From an uncultured Pelagibacteraceae bacterium (lineage in GTDB: Bacteria > Pseudomonadota > Alphaproteobacteria > Pelagibacterales > Pelagibacteraceae): a stretch of DNA of 64,000 nucleotides. The notes under the pieces were generated by a model. The model did no database searches and was not told where the DNA came from. It saw nothing but the letters and a program-made list of their open reading frames with translations. Where the stretch lies: NCBI GenBank assembly GCA_902531765.1, contig CACAFC010000001.1, positions 170,261 to 234,260 on the forward strand, given 5' to 3'. Positions 50,146 to 61,009 of the stretch are shown here, piece after piece; the first letter of the stretch is position 1, and every line of letters begins with the position of its first letter. The position numbers and the translations under genes were made by a program.

Positions 50146-51431
50146 TGAAAAAACAATATTTTATAAACGCTAATATAATTGATCCTTATAACTCCATGAA
50201 TGAAAATGGAGGTCTAATTATAAGTGAGGATGGAAAAATTGAAGCTATAGGGAAAAAAGTAAATATTAATAATTTACCAAGTAGAGAAAAACCTACCGAT
50301 TTAAAGGGTAAATATATTTTTCCTGGATTAGTTGACATGAGGGTTTTTGTTGGTGAACCGGGCTATGAATATAAAGAAAATTTTAGAACTCTGAGCAATG
50401 CGGCACTTTCAGGTGGTGTTACTTCTGTCGTAACAATGCCTAATACAGATCCAATCATTGATAACGTTTCTATAGTCGATTTTCTTAAAAGAAGAGGAAG
50501 AGATAAATCAAAGATAAATATTTTTCCATGCGCCTCCTTAACAAAAAATACTGAGGGTACAAACATGACTGAATTTGGTTTGTTACAAGGTAAAGGAATA
50601 ATTGCATTCACCGATGGTGTTAAAACGATTCAAAACCCAAGATTGATGTCTAGAATAATGAACTCTGCTAAAGATTTGGGTAGTTTAATAATGCAGCACG
50701 CTGAAGATTATGAGCTAGCAAAAAATGGTATGATTAACTCTGGAATAATTGCTTCAAAATTAGGTCTATCCGGTATACCTGAAATCGCTGAGCGTATTCT
50801 GATCGAGAGAGATTTAACATTACTAGAAAAGGTTAAATGCAGATATCATATCTCTCAATTATCATCACAAAAGTCTGTTGAGGTAATTAAATCAAGAAAG
50901 GAAATAGTAAAATTCACATGTGGTGTTTCAATTAATAACTTATCTTTAAATGAAAACGACATAGGAGATTTCAAAACATTTTTGAAATTATCACCACCAT
51001 TGAGAAGAGAAGAGGATAGACTAGCTTTAGTGCAAGGTTTAAAGGACGATTTAATTGATGTAATAGTTTCAGATCACAAACCTGAAGATGAAGAGTCAAA
51101 AAGATTAACATTTGCTCAAGCAGCGACTGGTGCTTCAGGGATAGAAACTTTGCTTTCTCTAAGTTTAGAATTATATCATAATGGATCGCTCAAATTAGAG
51201 ACAATAATAAAAGCCTTAACATCAAACCCTGCTAAAATATTAAAAATAAACAAAGGGAATCTATCTATTGGTAATAATGCTGATCTTTGCATAGTAGATA
51301 TAGATAAACCATGGATTGTAAAAAAAGATAAACTTATCTCAAAATCAAAAAATACATCTATCGAAGATAAAAAACTTCAAGGCAGAGTCACAAATACATT
51401 TGTAAACGGTAAAGAATTATTTAAGCTATAG
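50145..51431 (+). CDS. pyrC: Dihydroorotase-like protein, probably the inactive PyrC' subunit of ATCase
   Basis: Amidohydrolase fold (FREPG-like VGEPG, MPNTDP, PPLR, SDH, G..GIET). The metal-binding HxH is replaced by R-V-F (DMRVFVGEPG). Confidence 0.8.
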   Translation: MKKQYFINANIIDPYNSMNENGGLIISEDGKIEAIGKKVNINNLPSREKPTDLKGKYIFPGLVDMRVFVGEPGYEYKENFRTLSNAALSGGVTSVVTMPNTDPIIDNVSIVDFLKRRGRDKSKINIFPCASLTKNTEGTNMTEFGLLQGKGIIAFTDGVKTIQNPRLMSRIMNSAKDLGSLIMQHAEDYELAKNGMINSGIIASKLGLSGIPEIAERILIERDLTLLEKVKCRYHISQLSSQKSVEVIKSRKEIVKFTCGVSINNLSLNENDIGDFKTFLKLSPPLRREEDRLALVQGLKDDLIDVIVSDHKPEDEESKRLTFAQAATGASGIETLLSLSLELYHNGSLKLETIIKALTSNPAKILKINKGNLSIGNNADLCIVDIDKPWIVKKDKLISKSKNTSIEDKKLQGRVTNTFVNGKELFKL

Positions 51432-51432
51432 C

Positions 51433-52011
51433 ATGGATATTTTAATCATAGGTATAATTTCATATTTGATGGGTTCAATTCCATTTGGATTGATACTAAC
51501 AAAAATTTTTTTGAAAAAAGATATAAGAGATATCGGATCTGGAAATATTGGAGCTACAAATGTACTTAGAACTGGTAATAAGGAAGTTGGTTACATCACA
51601 TTATCTCTTGATATTTTAAAAGCTGTTATCCCTGTTATATTTGTTAAAATTTATTACACAGATTTTTTATATTTAGCATCATTATGTGCATTTATAGGTC
51701 ACGTATTTCCTATATGGCTTAAATTTAAAGGAGGAAAAGGTGTAGCAACATACGTTGGTATTCTATTTGCTATTAATATTTATTTTGGAGTTATTTTTGC
51801 TTTATCTTGGTTTGTAATTTTTGCTATAACAAAATTTTCATCTTTGTCTTCATTAATTGCTTCTTTATCAGTTCCTGTTTATTTACTAGTCACGGGTCAA
51901 TTTAAGGATATATTTTTTTTTATAATCATGTTCGTGTTAATATTTTTTACCCATCGAGAAAATATTAAAAGATTGAAAAATAAAGAAGAAACTAAGACAA
52001 AAATTTATTAA
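51433..52011 (+). CDS. plsY: Glycerol-3-phosphate acyltransferase PlsY
   Basis: YLMGSIPFG, GSGNIGATNVLR, GHVFPIWL.FKGGKGVAT, H.ENI.RL. Confidence 0.97.
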   Translation: MDILIIGIISYLMGSIPFGLILTKIFLKKDIRDIGSGNIGATNVLRTGNKEVGYITLSLDILKAVIPVIFVKIYYTDFLYLASLCAFIGHVFPIWLKFKGGKGVATYVGILFAINIYFGVIFALSWFVIFAITKFSSLSSLIASLSVPVYLLVTGQFKDIFFFIIMFVLIFFTHRENIKRLKNKEETKTKIY

Positions 52012-52012
52012 T

Positions 52013-52040
52013 TTGACTATATAACTCTTTTAGGTAGTTT
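52013..52040 (+). promoter_or_regulatory. Probable sigma70 promoter of topA
   Basis: TTGACT (52013-52018), 16 bp, TAGTTT (52035-52040). The predicted +1 falls at about the ATG at 52048. Confidence 0.4.
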
Positions 52041-52047
52041 GTCATTT

Positions 52048-54627
52048 ATGAACTTGGTCATTGTAGAAAGTCCAGCTAAAGCCAAAACTATCAATAAATA
52101 TTTAGGTGATAATTATAAAGTATTAGCTAGTTATGGGCATATTAGAGATTTACCTTCTAAAAATGGATCTGTTGATCCAGATCAAGATTTTAAAATGGAA
52201 TGGGAGATCGATAGTTTTTCTAAAAAATATCTTAAAGAAATTACTGATGCAGCCAAAGATTCCTCAAAAATAATATTAGCTACCGATCCTGATCGTGAGG
52301 GCGAAGCAATAGCTTGGCATGTAAAAGAGTATCTAAATGAAAAAAAACTTCTTAAAGATAAAGAAATAGAAAGAGTTGTGTTTAACGAAATTACAAAAAA
52401 AGCAGTAATTCACGGTATTGAAAACCCAAGACAAATTGAACCGCTTTTAGTTGATGCTTACATGGCTCGAAGAGCCTTAGATTACTTGGTTGGCTTTAAT
52501 ATTTCACCAATATTATGGACAAAACTTCCAGGCTCTAAATCTGCGGGTAGAGTTCAATCAGTAGCTTTAAAATTAATAACTGAAAGAGAACATGAAATTG
52601 AATCTTTTAAGCCAGAAGAATTTTGGACTTTAAGTGTCAAATTTAAAGATGAAAAAAATCAAAATATCCTAGCTAGTATTAGTCAACTCGATAACAACAA
52701 GGTTGAAAAATTCTCTTTTAGAAATAAAGATGAAATAAATAAGGCCATATCAAGTATCAATCAAAAAAAATTTAATATTACTGATATATCTAGTAAAGTG
52801 GTAAATCGTAATCCATCAGGACCATTTACTACATCAACTCTTCAACAAACAGCTTCAAGTCGATTAGGTTTTGGTGCATCAAGAACTATGCAAATTGCTC
52901 AAAAGCTTTACCAAGGAATCGAAATTGAAGGAGAAACTATAGGTTTGATAACATATATGAGAACAGATGGTACTAATTTATCCAAAGATGCTGTTGTGGC
53001 TTTTAGAGATTATATCAAAAAAGAAATTGGTAATGAATATTTACCTGAAAGTGCTTTAAATTACTCTGGCAAAAAGGCAAAAAATGCACAAGAGGCACAT
53101 GAAGCAATAAGACCCACGGATATTATCAGGACTCCCCAAAGTGTAAAAAAGTATCTAAGCACTGATCAAAATAAACTTTATGATTTAATATGGAGTAGAG
53201 CTTTATCTTCTCAAATGCAATCTGCTAAATTTGATAGAAATACTATAACGATTACATCAAATAATAATGATACAGTATGCAAAGCAAGTGGATCAGTTCT
53301 TAAATTTGATGGATTTTTAAAGATATATAATAATCAAGGCAAGGATGATGATGAAAACATTCTACCCTCTGTATCTAAAGGACTTGTAAATATTGAGTCC
53401 TTAATAGATGAGCAGCATTTTACACAGCCTCCTCCAAGATATTCAGAGGCTAGTTTGGTAAAAAAACTAGAGGAGTTAGGAATAGGAAGACCATCTACTT
53501 ATGCAAGTATAATTTCTACAATAGCTAATAGAGGTTATGCAGAGATATTGAATAAAAGATTTTTTCCTACAGATAGAGGAAAACTTATTTCGGCTTTTCT
53601 TGAAAAATTGTTCTCAAAATACGTGGATTATAACTTTACCGCTGGTTTAGAGGATCAATTGGACGAGATTACAACTGGTAAAGAAAGCTGGATAAAAGTT
53701 TTGGAGCTGTTCTGGAAAGACTTCAATAACAATGTAGCTGAAGTAAAGGAAAAAAGAACAAGAGAGGTTTTAGATCTTTTAAATGATAGTTTAGGAGATT
53801 TGGTTTTCGATAAGGATGATAAAGGAAATATTGTAAGAAAGTGCCAATTATGTAATTTAGGGACACTAAGCTTAAAGAATAGCTTTAGAGGTGGCGCGTT
53901 TATTGGTTGTTCAAATTACCCTGAGTGTAAATTTACTAGACCTTTATCTAAAGCTAAAGCAGCTGCACAAGCACAGTTAGCAGAACCAAAATTTATTGGA
54001 AAACATGAGAATGGTAATGATATATATCTTAAAAACGGAAGATTCGGTCCATATTTGCAATATGAAAAAATTCCTGAGGATATAGAAGTTGAAAAAACAC
54101 CAAAGAAAAAAAGGAAAACAAAAAAACCTAAATCAGATGTAAATGAACTTTTAAAAAATGTCTCTATTCCAAAGGGTTTGGAATTAGATAGTATTGATTT
54201 AGAAAAAGCACAATTTTTATGTTCACTACCTAAATCTTTAGGAATAAATCCTGACAATCAAAAAGAAATTACTTTAAACACTGGAAGATTTGGTCCTTAC
54301 TTAAAGTGTGAAAACAAATCAGCTCGAATAGAAAATATTGAGGAAATCTTCTCTATTGGTTTAAATAGAGCTGTGACATTGATTGCTGAAGCTAAACCAG
54401 GAAGAATGTCATCTTCGATGATCAAAGATTTAGGTGAACACCCTGAAGATAAAAAACCAGTAAGAATTATGAAGGGACAATACGGTCCTTATATCAAATA
54501 TAAATCTCTAAATGCAACCATTCCTGAGGAAAAGGATCCTACTGAACTTACAATGGAAGAGGCGTTAATATTGATTGAGAAAAGAAGAGAATACGATAAA
54601 ACAAAAAAGAAAAAAAAGAAAAAATGA
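52048..54627 (+). CDS. topA: DNA topoisomerase I
   Basis: LVIVESPAKAKTI, ATDPDREGEAI, SAGRVQS, LITYMRTD, QEAHEAIRPT, GIGRPSTY; one Zn ribbon plus C-terminal GRFGPY repeats. Confidence 0.98.
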   Translation: MNLVIVESPAKAKTINKYLGDNYKVLASYGHIRDLPSKNGSVDPDQDFKMEWEIDSFSKKYLKEITDAAKDSSKIILATDPDREGEAIAWHVKEYLNEKKLLKDKEIERVVFNEITKKAVIHGIENPRQIEPLLVDAYMARRALDYLVGFNISPILWTKLPGSKSAGRVQSVALKLITEREHEIESFKPEEFWTLSVKFKDEKNQNILASISQLDNNKVEKFSFRNKDEINKAISSINQKKFNITDISSKVVNRNPSGPFTTSTLQQTASSRLGFGASRTMQIAQKLYQGIEIEGETIGLITYMRTDGTNLSKDAVVAFRDYIKKEIGNEYLPESALNYSGKKAKNAQEAHEAIRPTDIIRTPQSVKKYLSTDQNKLYDLIWSRALSSQMQSAKFDRNTITITSNNNDTVCKASGSVLKFDGFLKIYNNQGKDDDENILPSVSKGLVNIESLIDEQHFTQPPPRYSEASLVKKLEELGIGRPSTYASIISTIANRGYAEILNKRFFPTDRGKLISAFLEKLFSKYVDYNFTAGLEDQLDEITTGKESWIKVLELFWKDFNNNVAEVKEKRTREVLDLLNDSLGDLVFDKDDKGNIVRKCQLCNLGTLSLKNSFRGGAFIGCSNYPECKFTRPLSKAKAAAQAQLAEPKFIGKHENGNDIYLKNGRFGPYLQYEKIPEDIEVEKTPKKKRKTKKPKSDVNELLKNVSIPKGLELDSIDLEKAQFLCSLPKSLGINPDNQKEITLNTGRFGPYLKCENKSARIENIEEIFSIGLNRAVTLIAEAKPGRMSSSMIKDLGEHPEDKKPVRIMKGQYGPYIKYKSLNATIPEEKDPTELTMEEALILIEKRREYDKTKKKKKKK

Positions 54628-55085
54628 ATTATCAAGAAAATTTAAAAAAACTTGGCTTAAAACTTCCTGAAGCTAAAGCACCTGTAGGAAATTATGTTGC
54701 AACAAAAATTTCAGGAAAAATGTTATTTGTGTCAGGTCAAATTTCAATTGATGAAAAAGGTGAATTAATTAAAGGAAAAGTTGGAAAAGATTTAGATGTA
54801 GATTCAGGATATAATGCAGCAAAAAGATGTGCTTTAAGTATTATTTCTCAAATAATGAAGACATGTGCTAATGATCTAACAAAGATCAAATCTTGTATTA
54901 AACTAACAGGTTTCGTTAATTCTACTGATAATTTTGTGGATCAACCTAAAGTAATAAATGGTGCCTCTGATTTAATCGCATCTGTTTTTGGAGATGCAGG
55001 AATGCATACAAGAGCAGCTGTAAGTGTTAATAGTCTTCCTTTGGGTGTTGCGGTAGAGGTCGATGCTATATTCGAGCTTAATTAA
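54624..55085 (+). CDS. RidA/YjgF/UK114 family protein
   Basis: P.GNY, LFVSGQI, NGASDL...FGDAG.HTR.AV.V.SLP..VAVEV. Confidence 0.9.
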   Translation: MNYQENLKKLGLKLPEAKAPVGNYVATKISGKMLFVSGQISIDEKGELIKGKVGKDLDVDSGYNAAKRCALSIISQIMKTCANDLTKIKSCIKLTGFVNSTDNFVDQPKVINGASDLIASVFGDAGMHTRAAVSVNSLPLGVAVEVDAIFELN

Positions 55086-55088
55086 AAT

Positions 55089-56390
55089 TTATCTTCCAAT
55101 ACTATAATATTTAAAACCTTGTTTTTTAATTTTTATTGGAGAGTATATATTTCTCATATCATAAATAACAAATTTTTTACCTTTAACTAAATTCTTAAAA
55201 TTAATTGATTTAAAATCATTCCATTCTGTATGAATTATTACAAGATCTGAGCCTTTAACAGAATCTTTTATATTATCTATGTAATTAACGTCTTTAATCT
55301 TTGAAAATTCTTTTTTAAATCCAGTAGGATCAAAATATTTTATTTTTGCACCTTTTTTTACTAAAGCTGGTATCATTGATAAACTTGATGAATCTCTCAT
55401 ATCGTCAGTATTAGCTTTAAATGTAACTCCCAAAAAAGTTATTCTCTTGTTTCTAATCTTATTTTTCAAAATTTCGAAAACTCTACTTAGTAAAAGATTA
55501 GATCGATTTTGGTTAGATTTAATTACTGACTTTATAACAGATAAATCAGTTTTGAATCTATCTGCAGTCGAGGTTATAGCTTTTGTATCTTTTGGAAAAC
55601 AAGATCCACCATATGCCGGACCGGCTCTTAAAAAACGACCACCTATCCTTTTATCTAGACCCATCCCAATTGAAATATCTTCGACATTTATCCCTGTTTT
55701 TTCACATAAATTTGCAATTTCATTAATGAATGTAATTTTTGTAGCTAAAAAGGCATTTGATGCATATTTTATTAATTCAGCAGCTCTTCTTGGCGTATGA
55801 ATATATTGAGCTCCTTTAGAAATTAAAGGCGCATATAAATTATTCATAAAACGGTTAGATTTTTTGTCATTAGATCCAACAACTATTCTATCAGGAAAAA
55901 TAAAATCTCGAATAGCTTCACCTTCTCTTAAAAATTCGGGATTAGATACGACAGAAAATTTATTCTTATTATTCTTTTTTTTTAATAAAATTTTCTCAAT
56001 TTCGTCACCTGTTGTTACAGGCACTGTTGACTTTGTGACTATTATCTTAAACTTATTAATAGATAAACTTATCTGTTTTGCTACTTGATAAATTTGACTT
56101 AAATCTGCACTACTACCTCCCATTTTTGTTGGTGTTCCAACGCAAATAAAAATTATATCAGAGTCTTTTATTGATTTTTTCAAATCTGATGAAAATTTTA
56201 ATCTTTTATTTTTATAATTTTTATTAACTAATTCAGAAAGACCAGGTTCATAAATAGGAATTTTTCCTCTAGAAAGTAGATCTATTTTTTTTATGTCTTT
56301 ATCAACACATATTACATCATTACCTAAGTCTGCAAAACATACTCCACTAACTAAACCTACATAACCTGTTCCTATCATACAAAGTTTCAT
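55089..56390 (-). CDS. ugd: UDP-glucose 6-dehydrogenase
   Basis: IGTGYVGLV, PIYEPGL, FICVGTP, KSTVP, NPEFLREG, KYASNAFLA, GGSCFPKD. Start set at MKLCM (56390), overlapping the galU stop. Confidence 0.95.
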   Translation of the reverse strand: MKLCMIGTGYVGLVSGVCFADLGNDVICVDKDIKKIDLLSRGKIPIYEPGLSELVNKNYKNKRLKFSSDLKKSIKDSDIIFICVGTPTKMGGSSADLSQIYQVAKQISLSINKFKIIVTKSTVPVTTGDEIEKILLKKKNNKNKFSVVSNPEFLREGEAIRDFIFPDRIVVGSNDKKSNRFMNNLYAPLISKGAQYIHTPRRAAELIKYASNAFLATKITFINEIANLCEKTGINVEDISIGMGLDKRIGGRFLRAGPAYGGSCFPKDTKAITSTADRFKTDLSVIKSVIKSNQNRSNLLLSRVFEILKNKIRNKRITFLGVTFKANTDDMRDSSSLSMIPALVKKGAKIKYFDPTGFKKEFSKIKDVNYIDNIKDSVKGSDLVIIHTEWNDFKSINFKNLVKGKKFVIYDMRNIYSPIKIKKQGFKYYSIGR

Positions 56391-57202
56391 GATTTTGCTA
56401 TTTCTAATGTTGATTTGATATAACCATTCATGCTTCCACAATCTAAATATTTTCCAGTAAAATTATGAGCAATAAATTTTTCATTACTTTGTATTAATGA
56501 TTGTATTGCATCAGTAATATGAATTTCGCCACCTTTACCTGGTTTTTGATTAATCAACCTAGAAAATATTTTTTTTGGAAGAATATATCTTCCTATCACA
56601 GCTTTATTTGATGGTGCTTTAGAGATTGAAGGTTTTTCAATAACATCTTTGATAACATAATTTTTTTTGTCTAATTTTTTTCCTAACTTGTAAATTCCCC
56701 ATCTAGACACAGTTTTTTTTGGAACATTAGTACTTGCCATTACAGATGATCTATAACGATTGTGTATATTAATCATCGACTTAGAACAATTTTTTTTAAT
56801 TATTAGATCATCGGGTAATAACATAAGAAAAAAATCATCAGTAATATATCTTTTTGTCTTTAATACAGCATCACCTGTTCCCAAAGGTTCATTTTGGTAA
56901 ACAAATTTAATCATCTTTTTGTATTTCAAAATTTTTTTATACTCATTAATAACTCTAGGATCTTTTTTCTTTTTTATTATCTTTTTGTAGAAACTATCTT
57001 TGTAAAAGTAATCTTTAATCATTTGCTTCTTTTTTGAAATTATAAAGATTATTTTTTTTATACCAGCATTTGCACACTCATCCAAAATATATTCAATACC
57101 TGGTTTGCCATTAATGGGAAGTAGTTCTTTAGCAAATATACTAGTTAAAGGTAATAACCTTGTCCCTAACCCAGCTAATGGAATAATTGCTTGTTTAATC
57201 AT
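56387..57202 (-). CDS. galU: UTP--glucose-1-phosphate uridylyltransferase
   Basis: AIIPLAGLGTRLLP.T, KELLPI, QNEPLGTGDAV, LLPDD, EKP, GRYIL, GEIHITDA. Confidence 0.92.
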   Translation of the reverse strand: MIKQAIIPLAGLGTRLLPLTSIFAKELLPINGKPGIEYILDECANAGIKKIIFIISKKKQMIKDYFYKDSFYKKIIKKKKDPRVINEYKKILKYKKMIKFVYQNEPLGTGDAVLKTKRYITDDFFLMLLPDDLIIKKNCSKSMINIHNRYRSSVMASTNVPKKTVSRWGIYKLGKKLDKKNYVIKDVIEKPSISKAPSNKAVIGRYILPKKIFSRLINQKPGKGGEIHITDAIQSLIQSNEKFIAHNFTGKYLDCGSMNGYIKSTLEIAKS

Positions 57203-57236
57203 TTAAATGTTTTACTTATTAAAATGTTTTATACAA

Positions 57237-58049
57237 ATGAAAATTTTATTAAACAATATTGATTTAAATGAGGCATTATTTGGCAAAACAAATATTGGAT
57301 TTGTACCTACTATGGGTAGTCTTCATGATGGTCACATATCATTAATCAAAAAATCATTAAAACTATCCAATAAGACCATTGTAAGTATATTTGTAAATCC
57401 TAAACAATTTAACAACAAAAAGGACTACAAAAGATATCCTAGGAATATAAAAAAAGATTTAAGAATTTTAAAAAGGCTAAAAGTTGATTTTGTATATTTG
57501 CCTAAAATTAAAGATGTCTACAAGTTTGCAAATAAAGTAAAAATTAAACTTAAAAAACAAGATAAAATACTATGTGCTAAATATAGAAAAGGTCATTTTG
57601 AGGGTGTGATTAACGTAATGACCCGTTTCACACAAATAATAAATCCCACAAAAATATTCATGGGAGAAAAAGATTTTCAACAACTATTGTTAGTAAAAAG
57701 ATATATTGAAAAAAATTTCAAATCTAAAATTATTTCTTGTAAAACAATAAGAGCTAAAAATAAATTAGCTTTATCATCCAGAAATATTCTTTTAACTAAA
57801 AAGAATCTAAAGAAGGCAGGTCAAGTAGCAAGAAATCTTATTATTTTTAAAAAAGAATTATTTAAAAAAAAAGATTTAAAGAATTTAATATCAACGAAAA
57901 AAAATGAGTTAATAAAAAAATTTGATATTAAGATAGATTATCTTGAGTTGCGAAATACAAAAAATCTAAAATTAACTAATAAGATTAAAGATACAAAAAT
58001 TTTTATTGCTTATTATATTAATAATATAAGATTGATAGATAACTTTTGA
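57237..58049 (+). CDS. panC: Pantoate--beta-alanine ligase
   Basis: FVPTMGSLHDGH, SIFVNPKQF, RKGHFEGV, MGEKDFQQ, ALSSRN, RLIDN. ATG at 57237 preferred. Confidence 0.93.
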   Translation: MKILLNNIDLNEALFGKTNIGFVPTMGSLHDGHISLIKKSLKLSNKTIVSIFVNPKQFNNKKDYKRYPRNIKKDLRILKRLKVDFVYLPKIKDVYKFANKVKIKLKKQDKILCAKYRKGHFEGVINVMTRFTQIINPTKIFMGEKDFQQLLLVKRYIEKNFKSKIISCKTIRAKNKLALSSRNILLTKKNLKKAGQVARNLIIFKKELFKKKDLKNLISTKKNELIKKFDIKIDYLELRNTKNLKLTNKIKDTKIFIAYYINNIRLIDNF

Positions 58050-58052
58050 TAT

Positions 58053-59426
58053 TTACAAAAAGTAAGCTCCAACACCTAGGAATGATACAAACCCAATAAC
58101 ATCAGTTATAGTTGTTACGAAAACACTTGATGCTATTGCTGGATCTATATTCATTTTTTTTAATGTAACAGGTACCAATATTCCAAATAGACCTGCAACT
58201 ATCATAGTTAAAATCATTGAGATAGAAATTATTAAGGATAGCTGAATATCCTGAAACCATAACTGAACAACGAAAGAACTTATGATTGCAAATATAATTC
58301 CGTTTAAAATACCTATATTAAATTCTTTAAAAATATTTTGATTAAAATTATTTTTTGTTAAATCATTAGTAGCAAGAGTTCTAACAGTAACTGCCAATGT
58401 TTGCATTCCTGCGTTACCACCCATAGATGCTACTATTGGCATCAAAAAAGCTAGAACAACCATTTGTTCAATTGTTGCTCCAAATAAACTAATACAATAT
58501 GTAGCTAAGAACGCAGTGAAAAGATTTAATAACAACCAATTAAATCGTCTTTTTGTTTTTGTTATTACACCATCAGTTATCTCTTCATCTCCTACACCTG
58601 CTAATCTTAATGCATCTTCCTCAGCTTCTTCCTTTAAAACAGTCAGAACATCATCCGAAGTTATCATTCCAACTAATTTATTATTTTTATCAATCACGCA
58701 CGCAGAATTTAAATTATAATTTTCAAATGAGTTACCAACCTCTTCTCTATCCATGTCTACTGGCACTAAAAAGATAGAATCATCCATTATTGATGACATC
58801 TTTGTTTCTCTTGGTGTTCTTAGAACTTTTGATGATGGTACAGCACCAATGGGTTTAAAATTTTCATCTACAATATAAATTTCTAAAAATTGTTCGGGTA
58901 AATCTTTATTTTCTCTTAAATAATCAATAGTTTGTCCAACAGACCAGTTGCTTGGTATTGCAGTAAATTCTCGCTGCATTATTCTAGCTGCACTATCCTC
59001 AGGATAACTAAGACCTTCCAATAAAGCAAAACGATCTTTAGGTGGTAGTAAGCTTAAAATAGAGTTTTTATTTTTTTCATCTACATTTTCAAGAATCGCT
59101 ATAGCATCGTCAGATTCTAAATTTTTTAATATTCTAACTATTGCATCAGATGAAAGATATTTTATAATTTCAGTTTGAACTGACTCATTTAGTTCAATAA
59201 AAACTTCGGGATCTATTTTAAAGTTATTAAGTTTTATTAAATTTTCTCTGTCATTTTGACTCAAATGTTCAATGATATCTGCTGCATCAGCAGGATGCAT
59301 TTCTTTAAAAGAATTCGTAATAAAACTTGCGTCATTATTTGAAATTTTATCAGTGACTACTTTTATGTATTCTTTATTAAATTCAAAATTGACTTTTTTA
59401 TCTTTGATTTTTTTAATTAAAGTCAT
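58053..59426 (-). CDS. mgtE: Magnesium transporter MgtE
   Basis: MHPADAADIIE, CBS pair (SAARIM...), MPIVASMGGNAGMQT, DPAIASSVFVTTITDV. Confidence 0.96.
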   Translation of the reverse strand: MTLIKKIKDKKVNFEFNKEYIKVVTDKISNNDASFITNSFKEMHPADAADIIEHLSQNDRENLIKLNNFKIDPEVFIELNESVQTEIIKYLSSDAIVRILKNLESDDAIAILENVDEKNKNSILSLLPPKDRFALLEGLSYPEDSAARIMQREFTAIPSNWSVGQTIDYLRENKDLPEQFLEIYIVDENFKPIGAVPSSKVLRTPRETKMSSIMDDSIFLVPVDMDREEVGNSFENYNLNSACVIDKNNKLVGMITSDDVLTVLKEEAEEDALRLAGVGDEEITDGVITKTKRRFNWLLLNLFTAFLATYCISLFGATIEQMVVLAFLMPIVASMGGNAGMQTLAVTVRTLATNDLTKNNFNQNIFKEFNIGILNGIIFAIISSFVVQLWFQDIQLSLIISISMILTMIVAGLFGILVPVTLKKMNIDPAIASSVFVTTITDVIGFVSFLGVGAYFL

Positions 59427-59486
59427 AAATTTTCCTGTTATTTAGGTCGATCTTTTAATACATAATCAAAAGAATACAATTTTTAA

Positions 59487-60107
59487 ATGAGTATAGAAAT
59501 TAAAAAGTCTGAAAAACCTGTCATTTATGAAGATGCTAAAAAACTGATGGAAGAAAGATTGTCGAATGTAGATTTAAATAAATCAAATGAATTAATTTGG
59601 ACTTTAGAACATCCAGATATTTACACAGCAGGTACAAGCTATAGTGAGAGTGATATTTTAGATAAATCGATTAAGATTTTAGAGACAAATAGAGGTGGTA
59701 AAATTACCTATCATGGACCAGGTCAATTAATTTGTTATTTTGTAATAGACTTAAAAAAAAGAAAAAAAGATATTAGAAATTTTATTTCAATAATAGAAAA
59801 AACAATAATCGAGACATTAAATTTTTTTAATATTAAAAGTTTTGCTGATAAAGAAAATATTGGAATATGGTACAATGATAATAAAAAAATAAAAAAAGTT
59901 GCTGCAATTGGGGTAAGAATAAGTAAGTGGATAGCGTATCATGGTTTTTCAATTAATATTTGTAATAACTTAGAAAAGTATAACGCGATCATTCCTTGTG
60001 GCATTAAAGATAAAGGTGTGACTAATTTAAAACAAATTAAAGATCAAGATTATAAAGAATTAGACAAAAAACTAGTTGAAATCTTTATTTCAAATTTGAA
60101 TAAGTAA
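59487..60107 (+). CDS. lipB: Octanoyltransferase LipB
   Basis: [37 protein letters not shown]. Confidence 0.96.
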   Translation: MSIEIKKSEKPVIYEDAKKLMEERLSNVDLNKSNELIWTLEHPDIYTAGTSYSESDILDKSIKILETNRGGKITYHGPGQLICYFVIDLKKRKKDIRNFISIIEKTIIETLNFFNIKSFADKENIGIWYNDNKKIKKVAAIGVRISKWIAYHGFSINICNNLEKYNAIIPCGIKDKGVTNLKQIKDQDYKELDKKLVEIFISNLNK

Positions 60108-61002
60108 GTCTTTTAATTTTTAATAATTTTTTAAAATAATCAGGTAGTAAAGCTTTATAAGTATATTTTTTTTCTTTGATCATGAATTTTATTTCGTAAG
60201 CATGAAGCATTAATTCTTTATTGATACCAATTGTTTTATTTAAAGATTTATATTTATTATCTCCAAAGATTGAGTGACCAACATTAAAAAGTTGTTTTCT
60301 TAATTGATGTTTTCTACCAGTAATAGGTTTCATCTCAACAAGACTAGAATTTGAATTTTTATCAATGACTTTGTAAATTGTTTTTGCTTTTTCAATAATT
60401 TTTTTTCCGTTATCGTAACGTACTAAATCGTCATTCCATTCTCCTGAATTTTTTTCAAGTTCACCATGACATATAGCTAAATAAGTTTTATGCACTTTTC
60501 TTAATCTAAACAATGATGTTAATAATTGTGCTGTCTCTCTGTTTTTAGCCATTAAAAAAACACCTGATGTGTCTTTGTCTAATCTGTGGACAGAAAAAGG
60601 TTTTGAGTCTGAAAAAATTTCACTTTTTTTGAATATATCAATTAAATTTTTTTTTGATTTCGTTCCACCCTGAACAGAAATACCAGCACTTTTATTTAAA
60701 ACGATAAAATTTTCATTATTATCTATTATTAAATCTTCATTGGCTTTGATTATTTGATTAGAAGGATTAAAACTTATTTTTTTTTGTTGAATTCTTTCTT
60801 CAAATTTAAAGTCATAAAAGTCAATTTTGTCATTAAATTTTATCTTATGAGAACTTTTTATTTTTTTTTTATTAACTTTGATTTTGCCTGATCTTAGAGA
60901 TTTTTCAATTAGTCCTTGAGGAATTCTCCCTATAGTATTACGTATCCATCTATCAACACGCATATTATTACACGTTGAGTCAACGATGTAACTTTTTAAC
61001 AT
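60085..61002 (-). CDS. rluC: RluA-family 23S rRNA pseudouridine synthase with S4 domain (RluC-like)
   Basis: [42 protein letters not shown]. Confidence 0.85.
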   Translation of the reverse strand: MLKSYIVDSTCNNMRVDRWIRNTIGRIPQGLIEKSLRSGKIKVNKKKIKSSHKIKFNDKIDFYDFKFEERIQQKKISFNPSNQIIKANEDLIIDNNENFIVLNKSAGISVQGGTKSKKNLIDIFKKSEIFSDSKPFSVHRLDKDTSGVFLMAKNRETAQLLTSLFRLRKVHKTYLAICHGELEKNSGEWNDDLVRYDNGKKIIEKAKTIYKVIDKNSNSSLVEMKPITGRKHQLRKQLFNVGHSIFGDNKYKSLNKTIGINKELMLHAYEIKFMIKEKKYTYKALLPDYFKKLLKIKRLTYSNLK

Positions 61003-61009
61003 AAAATTA

